64,000 bases of DNA from an uncultured Bacillota bacterium (GCA_905205665.1 CAJLEF010000002.1:13788-77787); one strand, 5' to 3'. Positions 36,345 through 46,677 are shown, numbered from the stretch's first letter. Numbers and translations are program-made. The notes: a model not told the origin generated them from the letters alone.

Positions 36345-38324
36345 CTACTTAGAAAGCAAAGCTTCTACTTTTAATTTTAAACTATCATAATCAAAACTCA
36401 TTTGTTGTAAAACTTCAATAGGAAGACCATTGTTTGGATAATCTGCGATATTTAAAAGATAATCCTCATTTGTCGCGTATTCTTTTAAAGATAAACCTAA
36501 AGATGATTCTATAACGACTGTTTTAACATGAGGAGGTAAAACACTTTCTTTGTATGTTTTATCTTGAAGTTTAAAAAGTTCTAATGATGGCATGGAAACA
36601 ACCCGAATATCTAAGCCTTTCATTTCTAAGTCATAAGCTATTTGCATAGCACTGATAAGTTCACTACCACTAGAAATAATAATCCCGTCTAAGTTTGTTT
36701 TTTCACTTTTAATAATATAAGCTCCCCCGATTACCTTTTTAGCACTAGAATTAGGTAATTTAGGACTATCATTTTTAGTAATGAGTAAAGCACATGGCTT
36801 TTTTATTTTTAAAATAGTTTCCCAAGACCCCATAACCTCTTCAATATCACTAGGTCTAAAGACATATAAATTAGGAATAGACCTTAACATATCTAACTGT
36901 TCTACTGGAATATTTAGACTACTTTCTTCGCTGTTATACAAAGAATCATGAGTAAATATGTACGTTACAGGAAGGCTCATAATAGCGCCTTGTCTAAGAG
37001 AAGATTTCATTTCATCTGCGTAGCTAAGTAAAGTAGAAGAAAACACGCGTAAACCTAGTAAAGCCATACCATTTACAATATACCCCATGGCTCTTTCTCT
37101 GACCCCAAAGCGAATATTTTTAGCTTTAGGACTATTTTCATTCATATATTGAAAACCATTTAAATTAGTACGGCAATAAAGACTTAAACCAGCACTTCCT
37201 CCTAAAAACAAATTACTTTTAGGACTTATTAAATTCATAACTTTATTATTAGTTTCAATTAATGGTTCGCGATAAGCATCATTAATTTTATAATTTTCAC
37301 TGGCAAAAGAAATATCCGTAGTACCGTTTTCTAATAAATACAAAATATTATTTAAATTTTCATTATTAATATTTTTAGCTCGAGCATAACTTTCATTCCA
37401 TTTTTCTTTTATTTTTTGCATATGAGTTGTCATTTGAGATTCAATAAAAATCAAAGAATCTTTGGATACTTCAAAAGGTGGTAAAAATAAATTGTACTTT
37501 CTTCTTAAGTTATTTGCGTCATCAAAAGAAAGAACGCCTGAATGTAAAATATTTTTACCTTCATTAAATGAATCTTTACCAATGACCGTATTAAAAATGA
37601 GTAAAGCTGGTTTATTAAGAGAACGAGCATTTAAAATAGCTTTTTCAATATCTTTTATAGTAACGTCACCTTTTAAAGTGTCGACATAGAATCCCTTAGC
37701 TTCAAATGATTTCGTTAAATTTTCATCAAAAACAGTATCTAAGCTTCCTTCCATACCAATTCTATTATTGTCGTATAAAAAGACGAGATGGCCTAATTTT
37801 TGACTACCAGCAAAAGAAAAGGCTTCAAGGCTTGCCCCACTCATCATATCTGCGTCACTTAAAAAGCAATAAGTGGTAAAATCATATAAATTAATTTTAT
37901 TATCTTCTTCTTTAATTAAAGATTCAATATATCTTCTTCCTAAAGCGAGCCCAGTACTTACACCTACTCCGTCTCCTGCGTTTCCAGTAGTTGCATCCAT
38001 AAATAAGGGGTTATGAAGTTCTGGGGTAGCAGGTAGTCCATTTAAACGGCGATAGTTCATAAGATTTTCTTTAGTAAGAGGATAACCTGCCATATAACAC
38101 ATAGCGTAATATAAAGGTGCAAGTCCACTAGAAGAAAGAATAACTCTATCACGATTGAAATAATTATTATTTTTACTATCAACCCTTAAAACACGCGTAA
38201 AAAGAGTGTACATCACAGGTGCCATGGATAAAACCGTTCCTGGATGTCCTCCTTTGGCATTATTTATCATATCAATACTTAACATTTTTAATTCATTTAA
38301 GGCCTTAATATCACTTTGATTCAT
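36345..38324 (-). CDS. tkt: transketolase
   Basis: MINNAKGGHPGTVLSMAP and the GDG TPP-binding region; 659 aa. Confidence 0.9.
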   Translation of the reverse strand: MNQSDIKALNELKMLSIDMINNAKGGHPGTVLSMAPVMYTLFTRVLRVDSKNNNYFNRDRVILSSSGLAPLYYAMCYMAGYPLTKENLMNYRRLNGLPATPELHNPLFMDATTGNAGDGVGVSTGLALGRRYIESLIKEEDNKINLYDFTTYCFLSDADMMSGASLEAFSFAGSQKLGHLVFLYDNNRIGMEGSLDTVFDENLTKSFEAKGFYVDTLKGDVTIKDIEKAILNARSLNKPALLIFNTVIGKDSFNEGKNILHSGVLSFDDANNLRRKYNLFLPPFEVSKDSLIFIESQMTTHMQKIKEKWNESYARAKNINNENLNNILYLLENGTTDISFASENYKINDAYREPLIETNNKVMNLISPKSNLFLGGSAGLSLYCRTNLNGFQYMNENSPKAKNIRFGVRERAMGYIVNGMALLGLRVFSSTLLSYADEMKSSLRQGAIMSLPVTYIFTHDSLYNSEESSLNIPVEQLDMLRSIPNLYVFRPSDIEEVMGSWETILKIKKPCALLITKNDSPKLPNSSAKKVIGGAYIIKSEKTNLDGIIISSGSELISAMQIAYDLEMKGLDIRVVSMPSLELFKLQDKTYKESVLPPHVKTVVIESSLGLSLKEYATNEDYLLNIADYPNNGLPIEVLQQMSFDYDSLKLKVEALLSK

Positions 38325-38434
38325 TTTGTCCTCTCCTTTTATTCTCTATTATTAGTATAACAAAAAATTAAAATACAGTAAATACAAGAACTTTTAAAAA
38401 AAAGAAGAAGACCATTAATTAAGTCTTCAATTTT

Positions 38435-39718
38435 CTATTTTCTTTTAATAACTTCTAAACCACCCATGTATGGTTGTAATACTTTTGGAATTTTAACAGA
38501 GCCATCTTCTTGATAGTTATTTTCAATAACGGCAATTAAACCTCTTGGAGTTGCGACAACTGTATTGTTAAGTGTATTTAGGTAATAAGTGCCCTTTTCA
38601 CCTTTTTTACGAATACCAAGACGTCTTGCTTGAGCATCTCCTAAATTAGAACAACTTCCAACTTCAAAATATTTTTGCTGTCTTGGACTCCATGCTTCAA
38701 TATCACAAGATTTCACTTTTAAATCTGCTAAATCACCAGAACAACATTCTAATTGTCTAACAGGAACATCTAGGCTTCTAAAAAATTCGACAGTTAAACG
38801 CCACATCTTGTTATACCAGTCCATAGCTTCTTCTGGTTCACAAATAACAATCATTTCTTGTTTTTCAAATTGGTGAACACGGTACAAACCTCTTTCTTCT
38901 AGGCCATGTGACCCACCTTCTTTTCTAAAGCAAGGAGAATAACTTGTCATGCTAATAGGAAGTTCACTGTCTTTAATAATTTGGTCTTTAAATTTACCAA
39001 TCATACTATGTTCACTGGTACCAATTAAATATAAATCTTCGCCTTCAATTTTATACATCATAGCTTCCATTTCTGGAAAAGACATAACGCCAGTTACGAC
39101 ATCACTATGAATCATAAAAGGAGGAATAGCATACGTAAATCCAGCCTTAATCATAAAATCTCTGGCATAAGCAAGCATGGCTTCGTGAAGTCTAGCAATA
39201 TCGCCAATTAAATAATAAAAGCCTTGTCCACTTGTACGTCCTGCTGCTTCTTTATCCATGCCTCCAAAAGATTCGATAATATCAGCGTGATAAGGAATTT
39301 CATAACTTGGAACAGCTGGATCACCAAATCTTTGAACTTCCACATTCTCAGAATCATCTTTACCAATTGGCACAGATGGATCCATTATTTGAGGAATCAC
39401 CATCATTCTTTTCTTGATTTCAGCTTCACAAGTAGTTTGACGAGTTTCTAGTTCCTCGATTTCTTCACTCATTTGATTAATTTCTTCTTTTATTTTATTA
39501 GCTTCCTCAATTTTCTTATCTTTCATAAGAAGACCTATTTCACCACTAAGTTTATTTTTCTTAGCTTTTAAAGCATCTTTTTTAGTTTGCGTTTCTCTCA
39601 TAGTAACATCTAAATCATAAACTTCATCCACAAGACCTAATTTTTCATCTTGAAATTTTTTCTTTATATTTTCTTTTACTAAATCACGATTTTCTCTTAT
39701 TAATTTTATATCTATCAT
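38435..39718 (-). CDS. serS: seryl-tRNA synthetase
   Basis: MIDIKLIRENRDLV plus a coiled-coil arm and class II motifs (FRKE, GSCSN...RR). Confidence 0.95.
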   Translation of the reverse strand: MIDIKLIRENRDLVKENIKKKFQDEKLGLVDEVYDLDVTMRETQTKKDALKAKKNKLSGEIGLLMKDKKIEEANKIKEEINQMSEEIEELETRQTTCEAEIKKRMMVIPQIMDPSVPIGKDDSENVEVQRFGDPAVPSYEIPYHADIIESFGGMDKEAAGRTSGQGFYYLIGDIARLHEAMLAYARDFMIKAGFTYAIPPFMIHSDVVTGVMSFPEMEAMMYKIEGEDLYLIGTSEHSMIGKFKDQIIKDSELPISMTSYSPCFRKEGGSHGLEERGLYRVHQFEKQEMIVICEPEEAMDWYNKMWRLTVEFFRSLDVPVRQLECCSGDLADLKVKSCDIEAWSPRQQKYFEVGSCSNLGDAQARRLGIRKKGEKGTYYLNTLNNTVVATPRGLIAVIENNYQEDGSVKIPKVLQPYMGGLEVIKRK

Positions 39719-40194
39719 ATTATTTCACCTTCCATTTTATTAATTATTTTTAAGTAAGCTTTTATATACCTTTTCGATCGATTGATATCCTTCTCACTTA
39801 CCATTTGAAGTCTGGTTAAATCCATGTTATCAAGTAAATCTTTTAATTTTATTACAAAAGCATCTTTATTATTACTTTTTATGAGATTATCTATGTATTC
39901 ATCATAAGAAGGATAAGTGTTTGTAAGAAGCTTTACAACTGTAATAAATTCATCATTATATCCTAGTTTTTTCATTTCTTCGGGTGTCATATCAGTATCT
40001 TCTAACACATCATGCATAAGCCCCATAGCCTTTAACTTTTCACCTTTTAAATCTCTACTGACATGTCTTAAATGATTTATGTAAGAATGACCACCTTTAT
40101 CTTTTTTATTTTTAAATAATACTTTAACTAAAATTAAAGATCTCTCATAAATAGGCATTTGTTTGTATAAAAGATACTCTTCTTCTTGAAACAT
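39715..40194 (-). CDS. HD-domain protein resembling the RelA/SpoT (p)ppGpp hydrolase domain (small alarmone hydrolase-like)
   Basis: HSYINHLRHV...GLMHDVLEDTDMTPEEMKKLGYNDEFITVVKLLT parallels the RSH hydrolase LHDVvEDT motif. AGGAGG RBS. ATGA overlap with serS. Confidence 0.55.
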   Translation of the reverse strand: MFQEEEYLLYKQMPIYERSLILVKVLFKNKKDKGGHSYINHLRHVSRDLKGEKLKAMGLMHDVLEDTDMTPEEMKKLGYNDEFITVVKLLTNTYPSYDEYIDNLIKSNNKDAFVIKLKDLLDNMDLTRLQMVSEKDINRSKRYIKAYLKIINKMEGEII

Positions 40195-40204
40195 ATTATT
40201 TCCT

Positions 40205-40420
40205 CCTAATAAAAAAAGAATGGCCCCTTAAAAAGGAGTCATAATGACGGTGCCATCCTTTAATTTACTTAATTTAAGATAACGGCTTAAAGCCGGGAGA
40301 GATTAACTCCACTAAGAAAGGAGATTCCTAAAAGCTTTTGAACTGTTCACATCAACCACAGTCTTTCTTTAACAAATAACTTTTATTACTAGTCTTTCTT
40401 TAACGATTTACATTAACTAG
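40205..40420 (-). promoter_or_regulatory. T-box leader (presumably Ser) controlling the HD-hydrolase-serS operon
   Basis: On the minus strand: AAAGGATGGCACCGTC T-box sequence, then a terminator ending in T7 just before the AGGAGG RBS. Confidence 0.75.
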
Positions 40421-40463
40421 TGTAGCATAAGAAAGTCAAAGAATTCAAGAATTATTTCAAAAT

Positions 40464-41207
40464 TTATCTTTTTTTATAAGTAAGTATGGCATCCATAATT
40501 TCATTATTTGGATGAATAGATGGAATTCCTTCAATATAAAGTGATTTATCTTCAAGACATTCATAAATTTTTCTTAAGTTATAAATAGGTAAAGAAGAAT
40601 CTAAAACAAGCTTACGATTTTGAAAAATAGAATATAAATAACATAATTCCAAAATACCTTCATCGTTCAAATGCTTTTCTATTTCTAAAAATTTTTCTCT
40701 AAAAAAAGAATATACTTCTTTTTTATTAGGAGCAAAATAATCTATATATTGCATAACATTAGAAAGAAGGATACAATCATATTTTTTAGTTTTGTCTAAA
40801 TAACTATCAATATCAAAAATATCTCCGGTAACAAAAGAAACAGAAGCACTTTCTGATTTTTTCTTTAATAATTTATAAGATTCATCACTTTCTAAATATT
40901 TACAGTTTCTATAAACCATGCTTTTTTCTGTAACAGCATCATATATAAAATCCTTTTTCAAGATCTCATCGTAAAATTGTCTACGTGACACCTCAGTTAA
41001 AAGTTCTTTTTTTGCTTCATAAAACTTCTTAACATTTGCATTAATATCAAAAACAGTAACATGAGAGGCTCCATATAAAACAGCATCAAAGGTTTGATCT
41101 AAAGAAGATCCTACTGTTAAAACATTTTTGCCTTTCAAATCCAATTTTTCTAATGAATCTTTCACATTTTCTGTTGCAAATGGATATACTTTTTGAAATA
41201 CTGACAT
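40464..41207 (-). CDS. SAM-dependent methyltransferase-like protein (uncertain)
   Basis: VLTVGSSLDQTFDAVLYGASHVTVFDIN resembles a Rossmann SAM-binding motif I. Confidence 0.35.
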   Translation of the reverse strand: MSVFQKVYPFATENVKDSLEKLDLKGKNVLTVGSSLDQTFDAVLYGASHVTVFDINANVKKFYEAKKELLTEVSRRQFYDEILKKDFIYDAVTEKSMVYRNCKYLESDESYKLLKKKSESASVSFVTGDIFDIDSYLDKTKKYDCILLSNVMQYIDYFAPNKKEVYSFFREKFLEIEKHLNDEGILELCYLYSIFQNRKLVLDSSLPIYNLRKIYECLEDKSLYIEGIPSIHPNNEIMDAILTYKKR

Positions 41208-41279
41208 TGCAAACTCCCCCTTTAAATTGCCTTATATTCTAACCTAAAAAAAAGAATTCGTCAACTAAGACGTAATTCT

Positions 41280-43031
41280 TTATTTTTTACTTTCTATTCT
41301 ATTTTTTAAATAAGAAACGAATTCTTCATAACTTAATGTATGAGTTTCTTCACTACCATATTCACGATAACTAATAAGATTTTCATCAACTTCTTTTTGA
41401 CCTAAAATTAAAGTAACAGGTATTTTTTTCATAACAGATTCACGCATTTTATAACCTAATTTTTCGTTTCTACTATCCACTTCCACACGAATGTGATCTT
41501 TTAATAAGAGACTTTCAATTTTTTTTGCGTAATTTAAATGATAATCAATATTGACTGGAATAACATTAACCATAACTGGAGCAAGCCATAATGGTAAAAC
41601 ACCTTTTGTTTCTTCAAGTAAGAAAGCAATAAAACGATCTAGGGAACCAAGTATGGCTCTATGAATAACAACTGGTCTTTGTTTTTCACCATTTTCATCA
41701 ACATAAGTTAAATCAAATCTTTCTGGTAATTGATAATCAAGTTGGACGGTTGATAAAGTAACATCATGACCAATAGCACTTTTAACTTGAACGTCTAACT
41801 TAGGACCGTAAAAAGCAGCCTCTCCTTCAGCTTCATAATAATCTGCATGAATTTCTTCTAATACTTCTCTAAGTTCTTGTTCACTTTTTGCCCATAATTC
41901 ATCATTTCCAAAATATTTTTCAGTGTCATTTTTATCTCTTAAAGATAAACGGAAACGATAATCTTTAAAGCCGAAATCTTTATAGACATCTAAAATCAAA
42001 TCAATAACAGCTTTAAATTCTGTTTTGATTTGATCTTTGGTACAGAAAATATGGGAATCATTTTGGGTAAAGGCTCTCGTTCTTTCAATACCACATACTG
42101 CCCCACTGGCTTCATATCTAAAATCATTTGCTATTTCGGCAATACGAAGTGGAAGATCACGATAAGAATGTAAAGAATTTTTAAACATCATCATATGATG
42201 AGGGCAATTCATAGGTCTTAAAACATAAGATTCATTATCAAGTTCCATAGCTGGGAACATATCTTCTTTATAATGATCCCAATGACCGCTTGTTTTATAA
42301 AGTTCTACGCTACCTAAAGATGGTGTCATAACATGTTTATAGCCATGTAAAAGTTCTTTATCCGTAATATAATCAACAAGACTGCGACGAACGATAAAGC
42401 CATTAGGTAGCCACATAGGAAGTCCTTTACCGACTAAATCAGAAAACATGAAAATGCCTAAATCTTTACCTAATTTACGATGATCACGTTGTTTAGCTTC
42501 TTCAAGCATTGCTAAATGTTCATTTAGGTCTTCTTCATTAGCGAAACATACGCCGTAGATTCTTTGTAACATTTTATTTTTCGCATCACCTTTATAGTAG
42601 GCACCAGAAAATTTTAATAATTTAAAATACTTACATTCTTTTACGGTATCAGCATGAGGTCCACGACAAAGATCTGTAAAATCTCCTTGAGAATAACAAG
42701 TAATAGTTTCTCCCTCAGGCATATTTTCAATTAAATCTATTTTGTAAGAATCATCTTTAAACATTTCTAAAGCTTCTTCTTTAGAGATTTCATGACGAAT
42801 AATTCTTTTACCATCTTTAATGATTTTTTTCATTTCTTTAGCAATTTTATCTAAATCTTCATCGGTTAAGGTAATATCTCCTAAATCCATATCATAATAA
42901 AAACCTTCTTCAATAACTGGTCCTACCCAAAATTTAGCATTAGGATATAAACGTTTTACCGCCTGGGCTAAAACATGGGCACAACTATGATTAATTTTAC
43001 TTAAATACTCATCTTCTTTAATATTTTTCAC
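41280..43031 (-). CDS. thrS: threonyl-tRNA synthetase lacking the N-terminal TGS domain
   Basis: It begins near the HSCAHVLAQAVKRLY editing-domain motif, and the class II core and anticodon-binding domain are present. GTG start. 583 aa, against ~640 for typical ThrS. Confidence 0.9.
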   Translation of the reverse strand: MKNIKEDEYLSKINHSCAHVLAQAVKRLYPNAKFWVGPVIEEGFYYDMDLGDITLTDEDLDKIAKEMKKIIKDGKRIIRHEISKEEALEMFKDDSYKIDLIENMPEGETITCYSQGDFTDLCRGPHADTVKECKYFKLLKFSGAYYKGDAKNKMLQRIYGVCFANEEDLNEHLAMLEEAKQRDHRKLGKDLGIFMFSDLVGKGLPMWLPNGFIVRRSLVDYITDKELLHGYKHVMTPSLGSVELYKTSGHWDHYKEDMFPAMELDNESYVLRPMNCPHHMMMFKNSLHSYRDLPLRIAEIANDFRYEASGAVCGIERTRAFTQNDSHIFCTKDQIKTEFKAVIDLILDVYKDFGFKDYRFRLSLRDKNDTEKYFGNDELWAKSEQELREVLEEIHADYYEAEGEAAFYGPKLDVQVKSAIGHDVTLSTVQLDYQLPERFDLTYVDENGEKQRPVVIHRAILGSLDRFIAFLLEETKGVLPLWLAPVMVNVIPVNIDYHLNYAKKIESLLLKDHIRVEVDSRNEKLGYKMRESVMKKIPVTLILGQKEVDENLISYREYGSEETHTLSYEEFVSYLKNRIESKK

Positions 43032-43037
43032 TTCAAT

Positions 43038-43508
43038 CTACTCTCTTTCTTTTATTAATTTTAATTGACTTTCTTTAGGATTTCTTCTTTTTCCTTCTTC
43101 TAGAAGCTTTCTTTTTTTACGTTCCAAATATCTTTTTTCTCCTAAAGAAAGACAGGGTTCTTTTTCTTCTAATTGACTTAGAATTTCTTGTCTTCGCCGG
43201 CTCAATTCTTCTTTCGAAACTTTAGGCAAAGTAAAGTCTTTGCGCGGTGTGTAATAAGGAAGTTTCTCACCATAATCATCTTCTACTAAAACAATTGCCC
43301 CCGTCTTAATGAGGTCATTTTTAACATTTTCCCGACAAGCCCTACGTGGCAATAGACACTTATCTGGCATTTTAGAATGTCTAAGTGATAGTTTACGCAT
43401 CATAATTTTATGCGACAATAAAACATTTTCTTTTTTATCACACTCCAAACCACAAATTTGCATAAACCGATAAACGGATACAACATAACTGTAATATTTT
43501 TTTCCCAT
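43038..43508 (-). CDS. hypothetical basic protein (156 aa) between the Thr T-box and thrS
   Basis: AGGAG RBS right after the T-box terminator. It ends in a TAG that is in frame with thrS, 2 codons upstream of the thrS start. Confidence 0.5.
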   Translation of the reverse strand: MGKKYYSYVVSVYRFMQICGLECDKKENVLLSHKIMMRKLSLRHSKMPDKCLLPRRACRENVKNDLIKTGAIVLVEDDYGEKLPYYTPRKDFTLPKVSKEELSRRRQEILSQLEEKEPCLSLGEKRYLERKKRKLLEEGKRRNPKESQLKLIKERE

Positions 43509-43511
43509 AGT

Positions 43512-43725
43512 CTTTTCTCCTAAAAAAAGAATGATACCGTATTTTATAGGAGTCTGTTTGACGGTACCATCCTTTTTTTCACTTAATTATCTTTAACGGA
43601 ATTACCCGTACCTTATTAGGTCTCATACAAAAGGAGTAATCAAAGAAGCTTTTTATCTAGTTTCCATCTTCCTAGACTCTCTTTAAAAAAGTATTTCTTC
43701 GTCTTGTCTTTTGATAATTGATTTA
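43512..43725 (-). promoter_or_regulatory. T-box leader (Thr)
   Basis: On the minus strand: an AGAGA stem I element, ACU candidate specifiers (GGAAACUAG or GAUUACUCC), the T-box AAAGGATGGTACCGTC, and a terminator GGATGGTACCGT/ACGGTATCATTC followed by T7. Confidence 0.8.
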
Positions 43726-43732
43726 TGCATTA

Positions 43733-43761
43733 ATATTAACACGTTTTTTTTAGGCTTGCAA
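43733..43761 (-). promoter_or_regulatory. sigma-A type promoter of the Thr T-box operon
   Basis: On the minus strand: TTGCAA, a 17-nt spacer, then TAATAT. Confidence 0.5.
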
Positions 43762-43778
43762 GCACATTGTTTGTCATA

Positions 43779-44333
43779 TTATGGATTTTCTAAGACCTTT
43801 TTTAAAATGTTAACTTCTTTTTGGCTTTCTTTTTCATCTAATAGAAAAAGATGAGGATAATATTTCGTATTACCCATTTCTTTAAGAAGGTGAAAGGCAC
43901 CTGTTTCATCATAAAAACCAAAATGGGTGACTCTTTTACCATCCTCATCTTCTGTACTTGCAAAAGAAAAAGTTTCTAAAGAAGGCATTAAGATACCTTC
44001 TTCTTTTAATAGGTTTGTCAACTTTCTTTCATAGCTATCAAAATTCATTTTACCCGCCCCATACTCTAAATAGGTATGAATAGATTTTCGAATTCCATTT
44101 ATTTGCCATAAATACCATAAAAGAAAAGCGGGAGTCATTTCTATATTTTTAGAAAATAACTCGTTATGAAAAGCACAAGCACAAGCTAAAGGAGTAAGTG
44201 CTGGCCTTATTATACTTAAATAATTTTTTAAAGCTATTAACATATTCTTTTCATTTTTATAATCGTACTTTTCTTTTTTTAGTAAAGTTTCGTATAAAGA
44301 ACATATTTCATCTGTTAAAAGTGGTTTCATCAT
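43779..44333 (-). CDS. hypothetical protein (184 aa)
   Basis: Its ATG abuts the queA stop. No recognised family. Confidence 0.45.
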   Translation of the reverse strand: MMKPLLTDEICSLYETLLKKEKYDYKNEKNMLIALKNYLSIIRPALTPLACACAFHNELFSKNIEMTPAFLLWYLWQINGIRKSIHTYLEYGAGKMNFDSYERKLTNLLKEEGILMPSLETFSFASTEDEDGKRVTHFGFYDETGAFHLLKEMGNTKYYPHLFLLDEKESQKEVNILKKVLENP

Positions 44334-45371
44334 TTAATCTTTCCAAATAAACATCGCATCCCCAAAGGAAAAGAAGCGATATTTTTCTTTCACAGCTTCT
44401 TCGTAGGCGTGTAAAATATATTCCTTCTTAGAAAAAGCACTAACTAACATAACAAGAGTACTTTTAGGAAGGTGAAAATTGGTAATTAAACAATCAATAG
44501 CTTTAAATTCAAAGCCCGGATAAATAAAGATTTCGGTATTACCATGACATTCTTTAAACTTTCCATAAAGACTCATGATAGTTTCTAAAGTTCTTGTGGA
44601 AGTAGTACCAACAGCAATAATTCTTCCGCCTTCTTTTTTAGCTTGATTTAATATATCAGCTGTTTCTTTGCTCATTTCATAGTATTCACTATGCATATGA
44701 TGTTTGGTAACATCCTCTACTTCAACAGGTCTAAAAGTACCAAGACCAACATGTAAAGTAACATTGGTAATGATAATTCCTTTTTCTTTTATTTTTTCTA
44801 AAAGTTCTTTTGTAAAATGTAGTCCTGCCGTAGGAGCAGCAGCACTACCAAGATTTTTAGCATACACGGTTTGATAACGATCTTTATCTTGTAATTTTTC
44901 GTGAATATAAGGTGGTAAAGGCATTTCTCCTAATTTGTCTAGGATTTCCAAAAAAATTCCTTCATAAGAAAATTGCACTTCAACAATACCTTCTTCTTTT
45001 TTAGTAATAACGGTTGCTTCTAAAAGCCCTCCAAAATTCACTTTTGTTCCTACATGTAATCTTTTAAATGGTCTTGATAAACATTCCCATGTATTATTAC
45101 CTAAATCTTTTAAAAGTAATAATTCAATAGTTGCTTTTGTATCTACTTTTTCCCCAATTAATCTGGCAGGAATTACTTTAGTATCATTAATAACTAAGAC
45201 GTCTCCTTTGTGAAGATAATCAATAATATCAGTAAAATGTTTATTAGAAATTTCACCCGTTTCACGATTTAAAGTCATTAATCTTGAAGAAGAACGATTC
45301 TTTAAAGGTGTTTGAGCAATTAACTCTTCTGGTAAATAATAATCAAATTCTTCTGTACTCATAAATATCAC
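44334..45371 (-). CDS. queA: S-adenosylmethionine:tRNA ribosyltransferase-isomerase
   Basis: [24 protein letters not shown] and PPYI motifs. The start may be the ATG at 45362. Confidence 0.95.
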   Translation of the reverse strand: MIFMSTEEFDYYLPEELIAQTPLKNRSSSRLMTLNRETGEISNKHFTDIIDYLHKGDVLVINDTKVIPARLIGEKVDTKATIELLLLKDLGNNTWECLSRPFKRLHVGTKVNFGGLLEATVITKKEEGIVEVQFSYEGIFLEILDKLGEMPLPPYIHEKLQDKDRYQTVYAKNLGSAAAPTAGLHFTKELLEKIKEKGIIITNVTLHVGLGTFRPVEVEDVTKHHMHSEYYEMSKETADILNQAKKEGGRIIAVGTTSTRTLETIMSLYGKFKECHGNTEIFIYPGFEFKAIDCLITNFHLPKSTLVMLVSAFSKKEYILHAYEEAVKEKYRFFSFGDAMFIWKD

Positions 45372-45426
45372 ATCCAGAGGTTATTTTATCACAAGATAAA
45401 AAAGAAAAGAAGAGCTTTTCACTCTT

Positions 45427-46677
45427 CTAATTGTTTTCTTCTAAGAATTTTAATGTTTTACGCATTTTTGAATCGTAAGCTAAAACTTCTTTACCACCAA
45501 AAGCATCCACTAATTCTTCTTTAGAAATACCATAGTTAGTAGCCATTTCTTCAATATCTTTTTCTACTTCTTCATCAGTAACTTCAATTTTTTCAGCTTC
45601 ACTAACAGCTTCTAACATATAACGATATTTAACACGACGTAGAGCTTCCGGTTCCATTTGCTTATGCATATCTTCATGAGTTGTACCAGTAAATTCCATA
45701 TATTGATCAAGAGTTAAACCTTGAGATTTCAATTGTTCTTCCCATTGATGGATCATACGATGAACTTCATCATCAATAATTTCTTCTGGAACATCTACTT
45801 CCATTTTTTCAGAAACTTGTTTTAAAACTTCTTCTAAGAAGCGATTTTTTTCTTCGTTTTCTTTTTCTTCTTTAATTGTATTTTCTACTTCTTTAGCAAG
45901 TTCTTCAGCATTAGTTACTTTGTCATAACCTAAATCTTCAAAGAAATTTTCATCAATGTCTGGTAAAATTCTAGATTTGATTTCTCTTAAAGTAACATGG
46001 AAAACAACTTCTTTACCTGCTAATTCTTTAGTGTAATTTTCAGGGAATTTTAAGTGTAAGTCTTTTGTTTCATCAACTTTCATACCTAAAACACCATCTT
46101 CAAAACCAGGAATAAAGGTATTTGTGCCGATTTCAAGAGGATAATTTTCCCCACTACCACCATCTAAAGGTTTACCATCAACTTCACCAACAAAATCAAT
46201 AACAGCCGTGTCGCCAGTTTCAACAACGCCACCGTCTTTTACAGTAATATCAGCAAATTGTTCACGTAATTCATTTATCTTAGCGTCTACTTCTTCTTTA
46301 GTAACCGCTACTTTTTCTTTTTTAACTTTTAAATCTTTGTATTGACCTAATTTAACTTCTGGTTTACCAATGAATGTAAATTCAAAAGTAATGCCATCTT
46401 TATCAATTTTTTTGATATCAACACTTGGTTGAATTTCTGCTTTTACTTTTGCTTTATCTTGAGCTTCTTTAAATGCATCATCGACTACAGCAAGGTAAGC
46501 ATCTTCAAATAAAGATTCCATACCATAATTTTTTAAATAAATATCTTTTGGAACATTTCCTTTTCTAAAACCATCAATATTTGCTTTTTTAACATTTTTC
46601 TTGAATGATTTATCTAAAGCTTTTTCCCAAGCTTCTCCTTTAATTTCAATTGTGATTTTTTCTGTATTTTTTGCCAT
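45427..46677 (-). CDS. tig: trigger factor
   Basis: GFRKGNVPKDIYLKNYG ribosome-binding motif and a central FKBP-like domain. Confidence 0.95.
   Translation of the reverse strand: MAKNTEKITIEIKGEAWEKALDKSFKKNVKKANIDGFRKGNVPKDIYLKNYGMESLFEDAYLAVVDDAFKEAQDKAKVKAEIQPSVDIKKIDKDGITFEFTFIGKPEVKLGQYKDLKVKKEKVAVTKEEVDAKINELREQFADITVKDGGVVETGDTAVIDFVGEVDGKPLDGGSGENYPLEIGTNTFIPGFEDGVLGMKVDETKDLHLKFPENYTKELAGKEVVFHVTLREIKSRILPDIDENFFEDLGYDKVTNAEELAKEVENTIKEEKENEEKNRFLEEVLKQVSEKMEVDVPEEIIDDEVHRMIHQWEEQLKSQGLTLDQYMEFTGTTHEDMHKQMEPEALRRVKYRYMLEAVSEAEKIEVTDEEVEKDIEEMATNYGISKEELVDAFGGKEVLAYDSKMRKTLKFLEENN

Noticed and set aside
30873-38324. Co-occurrence of phosphoketolase, transketolase (and ppdK at 60305-62929) as a special pathway island
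   Set aside because: The genes are dispersed among unrelated housekeeping genes, each apparently monocistronic. This is ordinary central metabolism for a fermentative Firmicute.
43753-43764. Palindrome GCTTGCAAGC as a terminator for the 43779-44333 gene
   Set aside because: It is a contiguous palindrome with no loop and no downstream T-run on the minus strand. It is better explained as containing the -35 box (TTGCAA) of the Thr T-box promoter.
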